A DNA stretch of 64,000 nt, taken from Thermoanaerobaculia bacterium. GTDB taxonomy: Bacteria; Acidobacteriota; Thermoanaerobaculia; UBA5066. The stretch lies in assembly GCA_048500275.1 (NCBI GenBank), contig JASNYI010000002.1:144784-208783 (forward strand), in the 5' to 3' direction. Shown one piece after another: positions 40,088 through 49,896 of this stretch. The notes below the pieces were generated by a model. That model had not been told where the DNA came from. It saw only the letters and a program-made list of their open reading frames with translations, and searched no databases. Position 1 is the first letter of the stretch. Every line of letters starts with the position of its first letter. The position numbers were made by a program, and so were the translations under genes.

Positions 40088-40549
40088 GTGAAGCGCGCCG
40101 CCCCCGCCGACCCCGCCGCCGATTTCCGCGACCTGTTCGACGCACTCCTCGAGTTCGTCGCCCGTCACCCGGTCGCGGGCCCGAAGATGTCCGCTCTCGG
40201 CATCTCCGGCCGGGGCGTCTTCCCCGACCTGAAGCTGATCCTGAACCTCGCCCCCGCGAGCGCGAAGCTGAAGGCGCGCGGGACCCACGTGACCTGGAGC
40301 TGGGGAGCGGCGCCGAAGGGCTTCACGGCCCAGGTCCTCGTCTCGTGCCCGGCGGCGCTCGCGAATCGCCTCGCGCAGGGGAAGGAGAACCCGGCGCTCG
40401 CCGTCGACCGGGGCGACCTGACCGTGACGCCGCTCGACCCGTCAGTGGACGAGCGGCGGGTCGTCGACCTTCTTCCGGTCCTCGTCCCCCTCCGGACCGA
40501 GGTCGCCGGCGTCCTCCGGAAAGCCGGCCTCGACCGGCTCGTGCTCTAG
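40088..40549 (+). CDS. Hypothetical protein, possibly SCP2 (sterol carrier)-like
   Basis: Clean codon usage; LANRLAQGKENPALAVDRGDLTV resembles the SCP2 C-terminal motif. Start GTG 40088 or ATG 40070. Confidence 0.55.
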   Translation: MKRAAPADPAADFRDLFDALLEFVARHPVAGPKMSALGISGRGVFPDLKLILNLAPASAKLKARGTHVTWSWGAAPKGFTAQVLVSCPAALANRLAQGKENPALAVDRGDLTVTPLDPSVDERRVVDLLPVLVPLRTEVAGVLRKAGLDRLVL

Positions 40550-41425
40550 CGCGGCCCGCTCCTCGGCCTCGAGAGCGGCGAGGCGCCTCGCCTGCCGGCC
40601 CCGCGCGACACGGATGGCCTGGAGCGCGAGGAGGACGATGACGAGCCAGAGCACCGTCGTCGAGGTGACGACGGGGAGCCACCTCTCGACGCTCCGGCGC
40701 GACTTCCAGAAGCCGGCCGACTCGTCGCGGAAGGCGACGCCCGTGGCGCTGCGGAACGCCTCCTCGAAGGGCTCGCCCGCGGCCATCCGCTTGAGGACCC
40801 TCTGCGGGAAGGCCGAGCCGTGGCGGGCGAGGAGGTCGCCGAAGAACGCGGACGAGAGGGAGTAGGCCCGGTTCGCGTCGCTCCGGCCGCCCTGGAAGAG
40901 CTCGTCCACCTGGGCGAAGCGCAGGCGCGGCCCGGTCAGGACGGCGAGCGCCTCGCGCAGGTCGTCCTCGATCGCGCGCGAGCGGCCCGCGGCCATCGCG
41001 AGCCCCTCGTCGAACCACCGCGGCACCCTCCGCCCGCCCGCGGCCCGGAACGTCAGGACGTGGGCCACCTCGTGCCGCACGACGTCCGGGAGGCCGTCGT
41101 CGGGCCAGCTCGGCGTCCGGGTCGGGATCAGGACGACCGTCCCCGCCGCCGGGTCGGCGTAGGCCACCGCCCACGAGGGGGCGCGGCGGGAGGCGGCGCT
41201 CCCCTCCGGGACCACGAGGACCCTCACGTCCCCCGGCTGCCAGAGCCCCGTCAGCTCCATCGCGGGGAGGAACGCCGTCGGGTCGAGCCGCCCGACCTCC
41301 CTCGCGTAGGCCTGAAGCTCCGGCGGCGCCTCGACGAGGAGGCGGGGCGGGGCCGAAAAGGCGGCGGCGGCCCCGAGGAGGGCCGCCGCGGCGAGGACGA
41401 ACCGAAGACGGCGTAGCGCCGTCAG
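40442..41425 (-). CDS. Peptidase MA-like (HEXXH) exported protein with C-terminal TM and acidic tail
   Basis: Signal-like FVLAAAALLGAAAAFS, VVRHEVAH, VPRWFDEGLAM, AYSLS. Start codon uncertain. Confidence 0.8.
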   Translation of the reverse strand: MTALRRLRFVLAAAALLGAAAAFSAPPRLLVEAPPELQAYAREVGRLDPTAFLPAMELTGLWQPGDVRVLVVPEGSAASRRAPSWAVAYADPAAGTVVLIPTRTPSWPDDGLPDVVRHEVAHVLTFRAAGGRRVPRWFDEGLAMAAGRSRAIEDDLREALAVLTGPRLRFAQVDELFQGGRSDANRAYSLSSAFFGDLLARHGSAFPQRVLKRMAAGEPFEEAFRSATGVAFRDESAGFWKSRRSVERWLPVVTSTTVLWLVIVLLALQAIRVARGRQARRLAALEAEERAALEHEPVEAGFPEDAGDLGPEGDEDRKKVDDPPLVH

Positions 41426-42297
41426 CGCTTCCACTTCTTCAGGATGTCGACGACGTTGTCGCCGATGCGGAGGAGGTTCTCCTTCGACGACCCGCCGATG
41501 TGCGGGGTCATGACGACGTTGGGGGCCGTGAGGAGCGGGCACGACGGGTCCGGCGGGTCGGAGTAGAAGACGTCGGTCGCGTAGGCGCGCACCTTGCCGC
41601 TGTTCAGCGCCTCGGCGAGGTCCTCCTCGACGACGACCTTCCCGCGGGCCGTGTTCACGATGATCACGCCGTCCTTCATCTTCGCGAAGGCGTTGCGGTC
41701 GAGCATCCCCTTCGTCTCGGGCGTGAGCGGCAGGTGGATGGAGATGTAGTCGGAGAGGGCGTAGAGCTCGTCGTCGTCCTCGACCATGTCGGCGAGGGCG
41801 TGGTTGGAGATGTAGTGGTCGTGGGCGACGACCCTCATCCCGAAGGCGATCGCGCGGCGCGCGACCTCGGTGCCGATCAGGCCGGCGCCGAGGAGGCCGA
41901 GCGTCTTGCCGTAGAGCTCGGTCCGCTTCAGCTCCTTCTTCAGGAACTTCCCGTCCTTGATGCCGTTGTGCCCCTCGATGATCCGGTTCGGGACGGTGAG
42001 CATCAGGGCCATCGTCAGCTCGGCGACGGCGACGGAGGAGGCGCGAGGGGTGTTCTTCACCTCGATCCCCTTCGCACGGGCCGCCTCGACGTCGATGTTG
42101 TCGAGGCCGACACCCCCCCGGATGATCAGCTTCAGGTTCGGGGCGCCCTCGAGGTACTCCTTCGTGACCTTCGTCTTCGAGCGGACGAGCAGGACTTCCG
42201 CCTCGGCGGCCTTCGCCGTGTCCGACGTGACCTCTCCGAACGGCGCGAGACGGCCGGGGAGGGAGTCGTCGAAGGCGTCGGCGATCAGGATCTTCAT
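41422..42297 (-). CDS. D-2-hydroxyacid dehydrogenase (3-phosphoglycerate dehydrogenase-like, no ACT domain)
   Basis: RGGVGLDNID, GLLGAGLIG, IVNTARG, TPHIGGS. AGGAGG RBS. Confidence 0.92.
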   Translation of the reverse strand: MKILIADAFDDSLPGRLAPFGEVTSDTAKAAEAEVLLVRSKTKVTKEYLEGAPNLKLIIRGGVGLDNIDVEAARAKGIEVKNTPRASSVAVAELTMALMLTVPNRIIEGHNGIKDGKFLKKELKRTELYGKTLGLLGAGLIGTEVARRAIAFGMRVVAHDHYISNHALADMVEDDDELYALSDYISIHLPLTPETKGMLDRNAFAKMKDGVIIVNTARGKVVVEEDLAEALNSGKVRAYATDVFYSDPPDPSCPLLTAPNVVMTPHIGGSSKENLLRIGDNVVDILKKWKR

Positions 42298-42466
42298 CTC
42301 TTCCTCCTGAAAGTTCGGGCGCGCAGGCGCCCGGTGGGCATTCTAGGCCGGGAAGCGGAGTCGAAGCGGGTCGTCGGAACCGGTTGACGGCGCCCCGCGC
42401 GGATTGGCGGGCCGGGCCTCCCGTGCGGGTCCGCGACCGGGGCGCGCGGGCGCTACGATCCCCGTC

Positions 42467-43651
42467 ATGAATCCTGAGAACGGGTTTCCGGAAGAGCGTC
42501 TCGCCGAGGCCCGCGCCCGGGTCGCCGCCGCCCGCCGGGTCGTCGTGAAGGTCGGGACGAACGTCGTCATGCGCGACGACGGAGCCCTCGCCCTCGGGCG
42601 GATCTACGGACTCATCGAGGCCGTGGCGGGGGAACGGCGGAAGGGGCGCGAGATGGTCGTCGTCTCCTCCGGGGCCGTCGGGCTCGGGGCGCAGCGGCTG
42701 GGCCTCTCCGGGAAGCCGAAGACGCTCGCGGCGAAGCAGGCGTGCGCCGCGATCGGGCAGGGGCGCCTCATGTCGGTCTGGTCGGAGGCGTTCGAGAAGC
42801 TCGGGGTCACGGCGGCGCAGGTCCTGCTGACAGAGGACGACTTCGCGAGCCGCGGGCGATACCTCGCCCTGCGCGCGACCCTCGAGGAGCTCCTCCGGCT
42901 CGGCGCGGTGCCGGTCCTGAACGAGAACGACACCGTCGGGACGGCCGAGCTGGAAACGGCCGCGGGGCACGTCTTCGGCGACAACGACAAGCTCTCGGCG
43001 CTCGTGGCGTCCAAGCTCGGGGCCGACCTCCTCGTCATCCTCTCCGACGTCGACGGCCTCCACACCGCGAACCCCGCCCGGAGCCGCGCGGCCCGGCGAA
43101 TCCCGGTCGTCGCGGAGGTGACGGCCGAGGTTCGCGCCCTCGCCGACGGGGGCGGCGCGCGAGGCCGCGGCGGGATGGCGACGAAGCTCGAGGCCGCCGC
43201 GGTCGCGACCGCCTCCGGCGCCCTCGCCGTCGTCGCGAGCGGACGCAGGCCCGGCGCTCTCGAGGAGGTCCTGTCGGGGGCCGACGCCGGGACGCTCTTC
43301 CTGCCGAAGCGCTCGCTCACCGGCAAGCGCCGCTGGATCGCCTGGGCGGCGCTCCCTTCCGGCGCGATCCGGGTCAACGACGGCGCCCGTGCGGCGCTCG
43401 TCTCCGGAAAGGCGTCGCTCCTCCCGGCCGGCGTCACGGGGCTCGAGGGAGATTTCGAGAAAGGGGACGTGGTGCGAATCCTCGGAAGAGACGGCGCCGA
43501 GATCGCCCGCGGGCAGGTGAATTACGGCCGCGCCGATGCGGAGCGCCTCGTCGGCCGGCGCTCCGGGGAGGCCCGGGGAGGCACGCCGAAGGGCTACGAC
43601 GCCCTCGTGACGCGCAACAACGTCGTCGTGAGGGAGGGGGAGGCCGGATGA
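42467..43651 (+). CDS. proB: Glutamate 5-kinase (with PUA domain)
   Basis: VVKVGTN, VSSGAVGLG, VLNENDTV, FGDNDKLSA, GGMATK, C-terminal PUA domain. Confidence 0.96.
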   Translation: MNPENGFPEERLAEARARVAAARRVVVKVGTNVVMRDDGALALGRIYGLIEAVAGERRKGREMVVVSSGAVGLGAQRLGLSGKPKTLAAKQACAAIGQGRLMSVWSEAFEKLGVTAAQVLLTEDDFASRGRYLALRATLEELLRLGAVPVLNENDTVGTAELETAAGHVFGDNDKLSALVASKLGADLLVILSDVDGLHTANPARSRAARRIPVVAEVTAEVRALADGGGARGRGGMATKLEAAAVATASGALAVVASGRRPGALEEVLSGADAGTLFLPKRSLTGKRRWIAWAALPSGAIRVNDGARAALVSGKASLLPAGVTGLEGDFEKGDVVRILGRDGAEIARGQVNYGRADAERLVGRRSGEARGGTPKGYDALVTRNNVVVREGEAG

Positions 43652-44961
43652 GCGAAGGCGCACGGAGGGTGGCGGAGGCCTCGAAGGCGGCCTCCCGAAT
43701 CCTCGCGAAGGGAACCACGGAGTCGAAAGGGCGCGCGCTCGAGGCGATCGCAGTCCGGCTCGCGACGGACGCCGCCGCGATCCTCGCGGCGAACGCTGAG
43801 GACGTCGCCGACGCCGAGCCGCTCGTGGCGCGCGGCGAGATGGCCGGGGCGCTCCTCTCGCGGCTGAAGCTCGACGCCCAAAAGCTCGCCTCGATGATCG
43901 AAGGGGTTCGCTCGGTGGCGCGGCAGGACGACCCGTCGGGGCGGGTGCTGGCCCGGACGCTCCTCGACGACGGCCTCGTCCTCGAGAAGGTCTCCTGCCC
44001 GCTCGGCGTGATCGCGGCGGTCTTCGAGGCGCGCCCCGACGCGGTGACGCAGATCTCGGCCCTCGCGATCCGGTCCGGGAACGCCGTGATCCTGAAGGGA
44101 GGGCGCGAGGCGGCGCGGACGACGGCGGCGCTCGTCGGCGCGATCCGCGGTGGTCTCGCGGACGCCGGGCTCGCGGAAGACGCCGTGCAGTCGATCCCCG
44201 ACCGCGAGTCGGTCGACGCCCTCCTCGCGCTCGACGACCTCGTCGACCTCGTCGTCCCGCGAGGGTCGAACGCGCTCGTGAAGTCGATCCGGGAGCGGAC
44301 CCGCATCCCCGTCCTCGGCCACGCCGAGGGGGTCTGCCACGTCTGCGTCGACGCCGCGGCCGATCCGGCGATGGCCGTGTCGATCGTCCTCGACGCCAAG
44401 CTCACCTACCCGGCCGCCTGCAACGCGGTCGAGACGGTCCTCGTCCACCAGGCAGCCGTCGCCGACGTCATGCTCCCGCTCCTCGGGACCCTCCTCGAGA
44501 AGGGGGTCGAGGTGCGCGGCTGCGAGGAGACCCGCGCGGCCGCCCACGGCCTCCCGGTCGCCGCGGCGACGGAGGAGGACTGGCGGACGGAGTACGGGGA
44601 GCCCGTCGTCTCGGTGAAGGTCGTCGGGAGCCTCGACGAGGCGATCGCGCACGTGAACCGGTTCGGCTCGGGGCACACGGAGGCGATCATCACGAACGAC
44701 CGGACGGCGGCCGAGCGGTTCCTCGCCGAGGTGGACGCCGCGGGCGTCTTCCACAACGCCTCGACCCGCTTCGCCGACGGGTATCGCTACGGGCTCGGCG
44801 CCGAGGTCGGCATCGCGACCGGCAAGCTCCACGCGCGCGGCCCCGTCGGCCTCGAGGGCCTCGTCACGTACCGCTGGCTCCTTCGGGGGCACGGCCAGGT
44901 CTCGGCGGCCTACGGCCCCGAAGGCCGAGCCTTCCGCCACGAGAAGCTCCCGACGGTCTGA
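43648..44961 (+). CDS. proA: Gamma-glutamyl phosphate reductase
   Basis: PLGVIAAVFEARP, GNAVILKGG, GVCHVCVD, CNAVET, NASTRFADG, GLGAEVGI. ATGA overlap with proB. Confidence 0.96.
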   Translation: MSEGARRVAEASKAASRILAKGTTESKGRALEAIAVRLATDAAAILAANAEDVADAEPLVARGEMAGALLSRLKLDAQKLASMIEGVRSVARQDDPSGRVLARTLLDDGLVLEKVSCPLGVIAAVFEARPDAVTQISALAIRSGNAVILKGGREAARTTAALVGAIRGGLADAGLAEDAVQSIPDRESVDALLALDDLVDLVVPRGSNALVKSIRERTRIPVLGHAEGVCHVCVDAAADPAMAVSIVLDAKLTYPAACNAVETVLVHQAAVADVMLPLLGTLLEKGVEVRGCEETRAAAHGLPVAAATEEDWRTEYGEPVVSVKVVGSLDEAIAHVNRFGSGHTEAIITNDRTAAERFLAEVDAAGVFHNASTRFADGYRYGLGAEVGIATGKLHARGPVGLEGLVTYRWLLRGHGQVSAAYGPEGRAFRHEKLPTV

Positions 44962-45064
44962 GGCCGCATTCAGGGCCCGCTGAGGCCGGAACGGCGGGAA
45001 CCCGCGCCGACCGTTCGCCGTAGAAAGAGAAGCTGGCGCAGAGCGCCACCAGAGGAGAGTCCGC

Positions 45065-46900
45065 ATGAGATCGAATGCCCGCCGGGCGGCCCGAGGGGCC
45101 GCGCTCGCCGTCCTCCTGGTCCTCGCCCCGTTCGCCTCCTCCGCGCCCGCCCCCGCCGCGAAGGCCCCCTCGGCGAAGGCCCCGCTCGCCGGTTTCGACG
45201 CCTGGGTCGAGGCCGAGCGGGCGAAGTGGAACGTCCCCGGCGTCTCCGTGGCCGTCGTGCGCGGCGACGAGGTCCTCCTCGCGAAGGGATTCGGCCTGCG
45301 CGACCGGGAGCAGAAGCTCCCCGCCACCGGGAAGACCGTCTTCGCGATCGGCTCGGCGACGAAGGCCTTCACGACCTTCGCCATGGCGACGCTCGTCGAC
45401 GAGGGCAAGCTCGAATGGCACCGGCCGGTGAGGACCTGGATGCCGGAGTTCGCGCTGAAGGACCCCGTCGCCTCCGAGAGGATGACGCCCGTCGACCTCG
45501 TGACGCACCGCTCCGGGATGCCGCGGCACGACCTCCTCTGGTACAACGCCGAGGCCTCCCGCAAGGAGATGGTCTCGCGCCTGCGCGACCTCGAGCCGAG
45601 CAAGGACTTCCGGACCGACTTCCAGTACAACAACGCGATGTTCCTCACGGCGGGGTACCTCGTCGAGAGGATCACGGGGAAGAGCTGGGAGGACGCGGTG
45701 AAGGAGCGGATCTTCTCGCCCCTCGGGATGACGTCCGCGAACTTCTCCGTCCTCGACAGCCAGAAGGCGCCCGACCACGCGCTTCCCTACGAGGAGCGCG
45801 ACGACACGGTAAAGCGCCTCGAGTTCCGGAACATCACGAACGTCGGCCCCGCGGGCTCCATCAACGCGAGCGTCGAGGACCTCGCCGCGTGGATGCGCGT
45901 CCACCTGAACGGCGGGATGCTGGGCGGGAAGAAGGTCCTCGACGCCTCGACCGTCGCCGACCTCCACACGCCCGTCATGGAGACGGGGCGGAGGATCAGC
46001 CCGCTCGACCCCGACGTGATCCCGGGCGGCTACGCGCTCGGCTGGTTCACCGACACCTACCGCGGGTTCCGGCGCGTCCACCACGGGGGGAACATCGACG
46101 GCTTCTCGGCGCTCGTCGTCCTCGTGCCGCAGCAGAAGGTCGGCGTCGCGGTCCTCGTGAACGCGGACGGCTCCGGCTTCCCGAACGTCGTCGCGAGGCA
46201 CGCCCTCGACCGGCTCCTCGGCCTCCCGCCGAAGGACTGGAGCGCCGAGCGGCTCGCCTGGAAGAAGGAGGGCCGAGACGTCCAGAAGGAAGGGGAGGCG
46301 AAGAAGACCACGGCCCGCAAGGAAGGGACGAAGCCCGCGCACCCGGTGGCGGAGTACGCGGGGGAGTACGAGCACCCCGCCTACGGCGTCCTTCGGGTGA
46401 GCGAGTCGGGCGGGGCGCTCGCGATGACCTACAACGGCATCACGACGCCTCTCGAGCACTGGCACTACGAGGTCTGGAACGGGAAGAAGATCGAGGGCGA
46501 GAAGGCCGACAACACCTTCGAGGACATGCGCCTCCTCTTCCGCACCGGCCTCTCCGGCGAGATCGAGGCCGTCGAGGCCCCCTTCGAGCCTTCCGTCGCG
46601 AACATCCACTTCACTCGAAAGGGGGACGCGAGGCTCGCCGACCCGGCGTACCTCGCCCGGTTCGCCGGGACCTACGTCCTCGGGGTCTCCCGGTTCGTCT
46701 TCTCGGTGAAGGGGAGCGAGCTCGTCCTCGAGGTCAACGGCCAGAAGCAGCCGCAGCTCGTGCCGGACCGCGACGACCGCTTCACGCTGAAGGGCGCGGC
46801 CGGCTTCTCGATCACCTTCGTCTCCGGCGCGGCCGGAAAGGTCACCGAGCTGAAGCTCGTCCAGCCCAACGGCGTCTTCGTCGCGAAACGGGAGGAGTAG
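45065..46900 (+). CDS. Serine hydrolase (beta-lactamase/PBP family) with DUF3471-like C-terminal domains
   Basis: Signal peptide, SxxK (GSATK), YNN, HHGGNIDGF, YAGEYEHPAYG. Confidence 0.9.
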   Translation: MRSNARRAARGAALAVLLVLAPFASSAPAPAAKAPSAKAPLAGFDAWVEAERAKWNVPGVSVAVVRGDEVLLAKGFGLRDREQKLPATGKTVFAIGSATKAFTTFAMATLVDEGKLEWHRPVRTWMPEFALKDPVASERMTPVDLVTHRSGMPRHDLLWYNAEASRKEMVSRLRDLEPSKDFRTDFQYNNAMFLTAGYLVERITGKSWEDAVKERIFSPLGMTSANFSVLDSQKAPDHALPYEERDDTVKRLEFRNITNVGPAGSINASVEDLAAWMRVHLNGGMLGGKKVLDASTVADLHTPVMETGRRISPLDPDVIPGGYALGWFTDTYRGFRRVHHGGNIDGFSALVVLVPQQKVGVAVLVNADGSGFPNVVARHALDRLLGLPPKDWSAERLAWKKEGRDVQKEGEAKKTTARKEGTKPAHPVAEYAGEYEHPAYGVLRVSESGGALAMTYNGITTPLEHWHYEVWNGKKIEGEKADNTFEDMRLLFRTGLSGEIEAVEAPFEPSVANIHFTRKGDARLADPAYLARFAGTYVLGVSRFVFSVKGSELVLEVNGQKQPQLVPDRDDRFTLKGAAGFSITFVSGAAGKVTELKLVQPNGVFVAKREE

Positions 46901-46914
46901 CGCGTTTCCGGGGA

Positions 46915-46943
46915 AGCCGGCGGCCCCGCGCGGGCCGCCGGCT
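46915..46943. terminator. Hairpin between convergent genes
   Basis: 12-bp stem AGCCGGCGGCCC / GGGCCGCCGGCT; U-tract weak. Confidence 0.4.
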
Positions 46944-48292
46944 CACTCCTCCGGAGAGTCCTGGTCCAGCATCCCCGGCGCCAGGTACTTCTTCGTCTCG
47001 GAGGCGAGGAGCCCGCTGAGCGCGAGGAGCGAGACGAGGTTCGGGATCGCCATGAGGCCGTTCGCCACGTCGGCGAAGCTCCAGACGACGGGGAGCGTCG
47101 CGACGGAGCCGAAGAGGACGGCGGCGACCCAGAGGACGCGGTACGGGAGGATGACCTTCGTCCCGAAGAGGTACTCGGCCGCCTTCTCGCCGTAGTACGA
47201 CCAGCCGAGGATCGTCGAGAAGACGAACGTCAGGAGCCCGACCGTCAGGACGGTCGGACCGACGTGCGGGATGTGGCTGAACGCCGTCCGGGTGAGCGCC
47301 GCGCCGGCGAGCCCTTCGTGCCAGTCGCCCGAGTTGACGACGACGAGCCCCGTGATGGCGCAGACGATCACGGTGTCCCAGAACGTGCCGGTCGAGGAGA
47401 CGAGCGCCTGCCGCACCGGGTTCTTCGTCATCGCGGCGGCGGCGACGATCGGCGCGCTGCCGAGGCCCGACTCGTTCGAGAAGAGACCGCGCGCCACGCC
47501 GAACCGGATAGCCTCCTTCATCCCGGCCCCGAGGAAGCCTCCGAGAGCCGCGTGCCCGCTGAAGGCGCTCGAGACGATGAGCCGGAAGGAGGCGGGAAGC
47601 GTCTCCGCGTGCCTGAAGAGGAGGTAGAGGCATCCGACGACGTAGAAGACAGCCATGAACGGGACGAGGAGCTCGCAGACCCGCGCGATCGACCGGATGC
47701 CGCCGAGGATCACGACGGCCGTCAGCGCCGTCATCACCCCGCCGCTCAGCCAGGGCGAGACCCCGAACGTCTCGCTCGCCATCGAGGCGATCGAGTTCGC
47801 CTGGACCATGTTCCCGATCCCGAACGCGGCGACGGCGGTGAGCGCGGCGAAGACGACGCCGAGCCACTTCGCGTTCATTCCCCGCTCGAGGACGTACATC
47901 GGGCCGCCGCACATGGCGCCATTCGCGTCCTTCACCCGGAAGCGGACGGAGAGGAGCGCCTCGGAGTACTTCGTCGCGATTCCGAAGACGCCCGTGAGCC
48001 ACATCCAGAGGACGGCGCCGGGCCCGCCCGCCGCGACCGCGGTGGCGACGCCGACGATGTTCCCGGTCCCGATCGTGGCGGCGAGGGCCGTCGTCAGCGC
48101 CCCGAACTGGCTGACGTCGCCGGCCCCCTCGCTCTTCCGGCTGAAGGAGATCCGGATGGCGGTGAGGAGGTGCCGCTGGGGAAAGCCGAGCCGGAACGTC
48201 AGGAAGACGTGCGTCCCGAAGAGGAGGACGATGAGGGGCCACCCCCAGATGAAGTCGCTGACCCTGCCCAGGACCTGTTCGAGCGCCGCCAT
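46943..48292 (-). CDS. Alanine/glycine:cation symporter (AGCS family)
   Basis: ALAATIGTGNIVGVA, GGPGAVLWMW, GGPMY, RGLFSNESGLGS, WSYYGEK. Confidence 0.95.
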   Translation of the reverse strand: MAALEQVLGRVSDFIWGWPLIVLLFGTHVFLTFRLGFPQRHLLTAIRISFSRKSEGAGDVSQFGALTTALAATIGTGNIVGVATAVAAGGPGAVLWMWLTGVFGIATKYSEALLSVRFRVKDANGAMCGGPMYVLERGMNAKWLGVVFAALTAVAAFGIGNMVQANSIASMASETFGVSPWLSGGVMTALTAVVILGGIRSIARVCELLVPFMAVFYVVGCLYLLFRHAETLPASFRLIVSSAFSGHAALGGFLGAGMKEAIRFGVARGLFSNESGLGSAPIVAAAAMTKNPVRQALVSSTGTFWDTVIVCAITGLVVVNSGDWHEGLAGAALTRTAFSHIPHVGPTVLTVGLLTFVFSTILGWSYYGEKAAEYLFGTKVILPYRVLWVAAVLFGSVATLPVVWSFADVANGLMAIPNLVSLLALSGLLASETKKYLAPGMLDQDSPEE

Positions 48293-48359
48293 GCCACCCT
48301 CCTCCGGAAAGACAGAAGAAACGCGGCCCTCTGCGGGCCGCCCGGGACGATCGCCTCGG

Positions 48360-49799
48360 TCAGCCCGCCTCGAGCCCGCTTCGTCGCGCCATCTCGGAGA
48401 CGGCGGTGAGGGCCGCGTGGCGGTACATGTCCGAGAGCGTCGGGTAGTTGTAGAGCGACTCGGCGATCTCGGGGGCCGTCGCCTGCATCTTCATGTAGGC
48501 CTGCCCGATGTGGACGAGCTCGCTCGCCGAGTGCCCCACCATGTGGACGCCGATGAGACGGCCGGTCCCGGCGTCGAAGAGGAGCTTCAGGAGGCCGTCC
48601 GTGTCGCCGATGATCTGGCCCCTCGGGTTCATCCCGTAGTGCCCCCGGCCGACGACGTAGTCGACCCCCTTCTCCTTCAGTTTCTCCTCGGTCTCCCCGA
48701 CGTAGCTCACCTCGGGGATCGAGTAGACGGCGAACGGGAGGTTCTCCGTGCTCGCGGAAGGGCCGGTGAGGCCGAACGCGTGGCGCATCGCCCGGCGCCC
48801 CTGCTCCATCGACGTGGAAGCGAGGGCGGGATAGCCGATGACGTCGCCCACCGCGTAGATGTGCGGGTGCGAGGTCTGGAGGTCGTCGTTGACCGTCAGG
48901 AGGCCGTACTTGTCGGGGACGAGGCCGATCGTCTCGAGGCCGAGGTCCCGGGTGTTGCCGTCCCGGCCGACGCAGTAGAGGAGGACGTCGGACGTGAGCC
49001 GGCGCCCCTTCTGCGTCTCGACCGACACCCTCGACGGGGAGCCGCGGACCGGCTCGACCCGGGCGTAGCGGTCGTCGTGGAGGATCTCGACGTGCAGCTC
49101 CGCGAGCTCCTGCTCGAGAATGGAGACGATCTCGCGGTCGAGGTAGGGGAGGAGCCGGTCGCGCGTGTCGACGAGCGTCACGTAGACGCCGAGCGCGGCG
49201 AAGATGGAGGCGTACTCGATGCCGATGACCCCGGCCCCGAGGACGGTCATCGTCTTCGGCATGCGCGGCAGCTTCAGGATCGTGTTGCTGTCGAAGACGC
49301 TCTCGGCGTCGAACGGCACGTCGGCGGGGCGGTTCGGGCTCGAGCCGGTGGCGATGACGACGACCTCGCCGCGGATCGTCTCCCTGCGCCGGCCGTCCTT
49401 CCCCTCGACGGCGACGGTGTGCGGGTCGAGGAAGCGGCCGTGGCCGCGGAAGACCTCGATCCGGTATCGGCCGAGCGAGGCGTTGATCATGTCCAGCTCG
49501 CGCTGGACGACGAGCCGCTCGCGGTACATGAAGTCGGCCACCGTGACGTCGTCGGTCACCTCGGTCTGGAAGCCGTGGAGGCGGTGGCGCGTCATCCCGA
49601 GGAAGAAGAGGGCGCTCTCTCGCAGCGTCTTCGAGGGGATCGTCCCCCAGTTGACGCGGGCCCCGCCGACGACGGAGGCCTTCTCGACGAGGGCGACGCG
49701 CTTCCGGGCCTTGGCGGCCTGGATGGCGGCGCGCTCGCCGCCGGGGCCGCCGCCGAGGACGACGACGTCGAAATCGGAGCTCGTGGGAGGTGGAGTCAC
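48360..49799 (-). CDS. sthA: Si-specific soluble NAD(P)+ transhydrogenase
   Basis: GGGPGGERAAIQAAK, GGARVNWGTIPSKTLRE (no redox Cys pair), GAGVIGIEYASIF, YPALASTSMEQGR, NYPTLS. Confidence 0.92.
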   Translation of the reverse strand: MTPPPTSSDFDVVVLGGGPGGERAAIQAAKARKRVALVEKASVVGGARVNWGTIPSKTLRESALFFLGMTRHRLHGFQTEVTDDVTVADFMYRERLVVQRELDMINASLGRYRIEVFRGHGRFLDPHTVAVEGKDGRRRETIRGEVVVIATGSSPNRPADVPFDAESVFDSNTILKLPRMPKTMTVLGAGVIGIEYASIFAALGVYVTLVDTRDRLLPYLDREIVSILEQELAELHVEILHDDRYARVEPVRGSPSRVSVETQKGRRLTSDVLLYCVGRDGNTRDLGLETIGLVPDKYGLLTVNDDLQTSHPHIYAVGDVIGYPALASTSMEQGRRAMRHAFGLTGPSASTENLPFAVYSIPEVSYVGETEEKLKEKGVDYVVGRGHYGMNPRGQIIGDTDGLLKLLFDAGTGRLIGVHMVGHSASELVHIGQAYMKMQATAPEIAESLYNYPTLSDMYRHAALTAVSEMARRSGLEAG

Positions 49800-49896
49800 G
49801 CGCCGGATCGTACTGCACGCGCCCTGCCCCGGCCCCGGGGCGGAGGCCATGCCGGGGGGCTCGCCGGGCGGGGGAGCTGGGGTATCGTCCGGCGCC

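Noticed and set aside
40442-43663. 1073-aa minus-strand ORF as a single protein; likewise 28757-31309, 56605-58716, 56623-58785 and 61597-63303
   Set aside because: Each real gene occupies only the 3' part of the ORF; the upstream parts overlap other bona fide genes.
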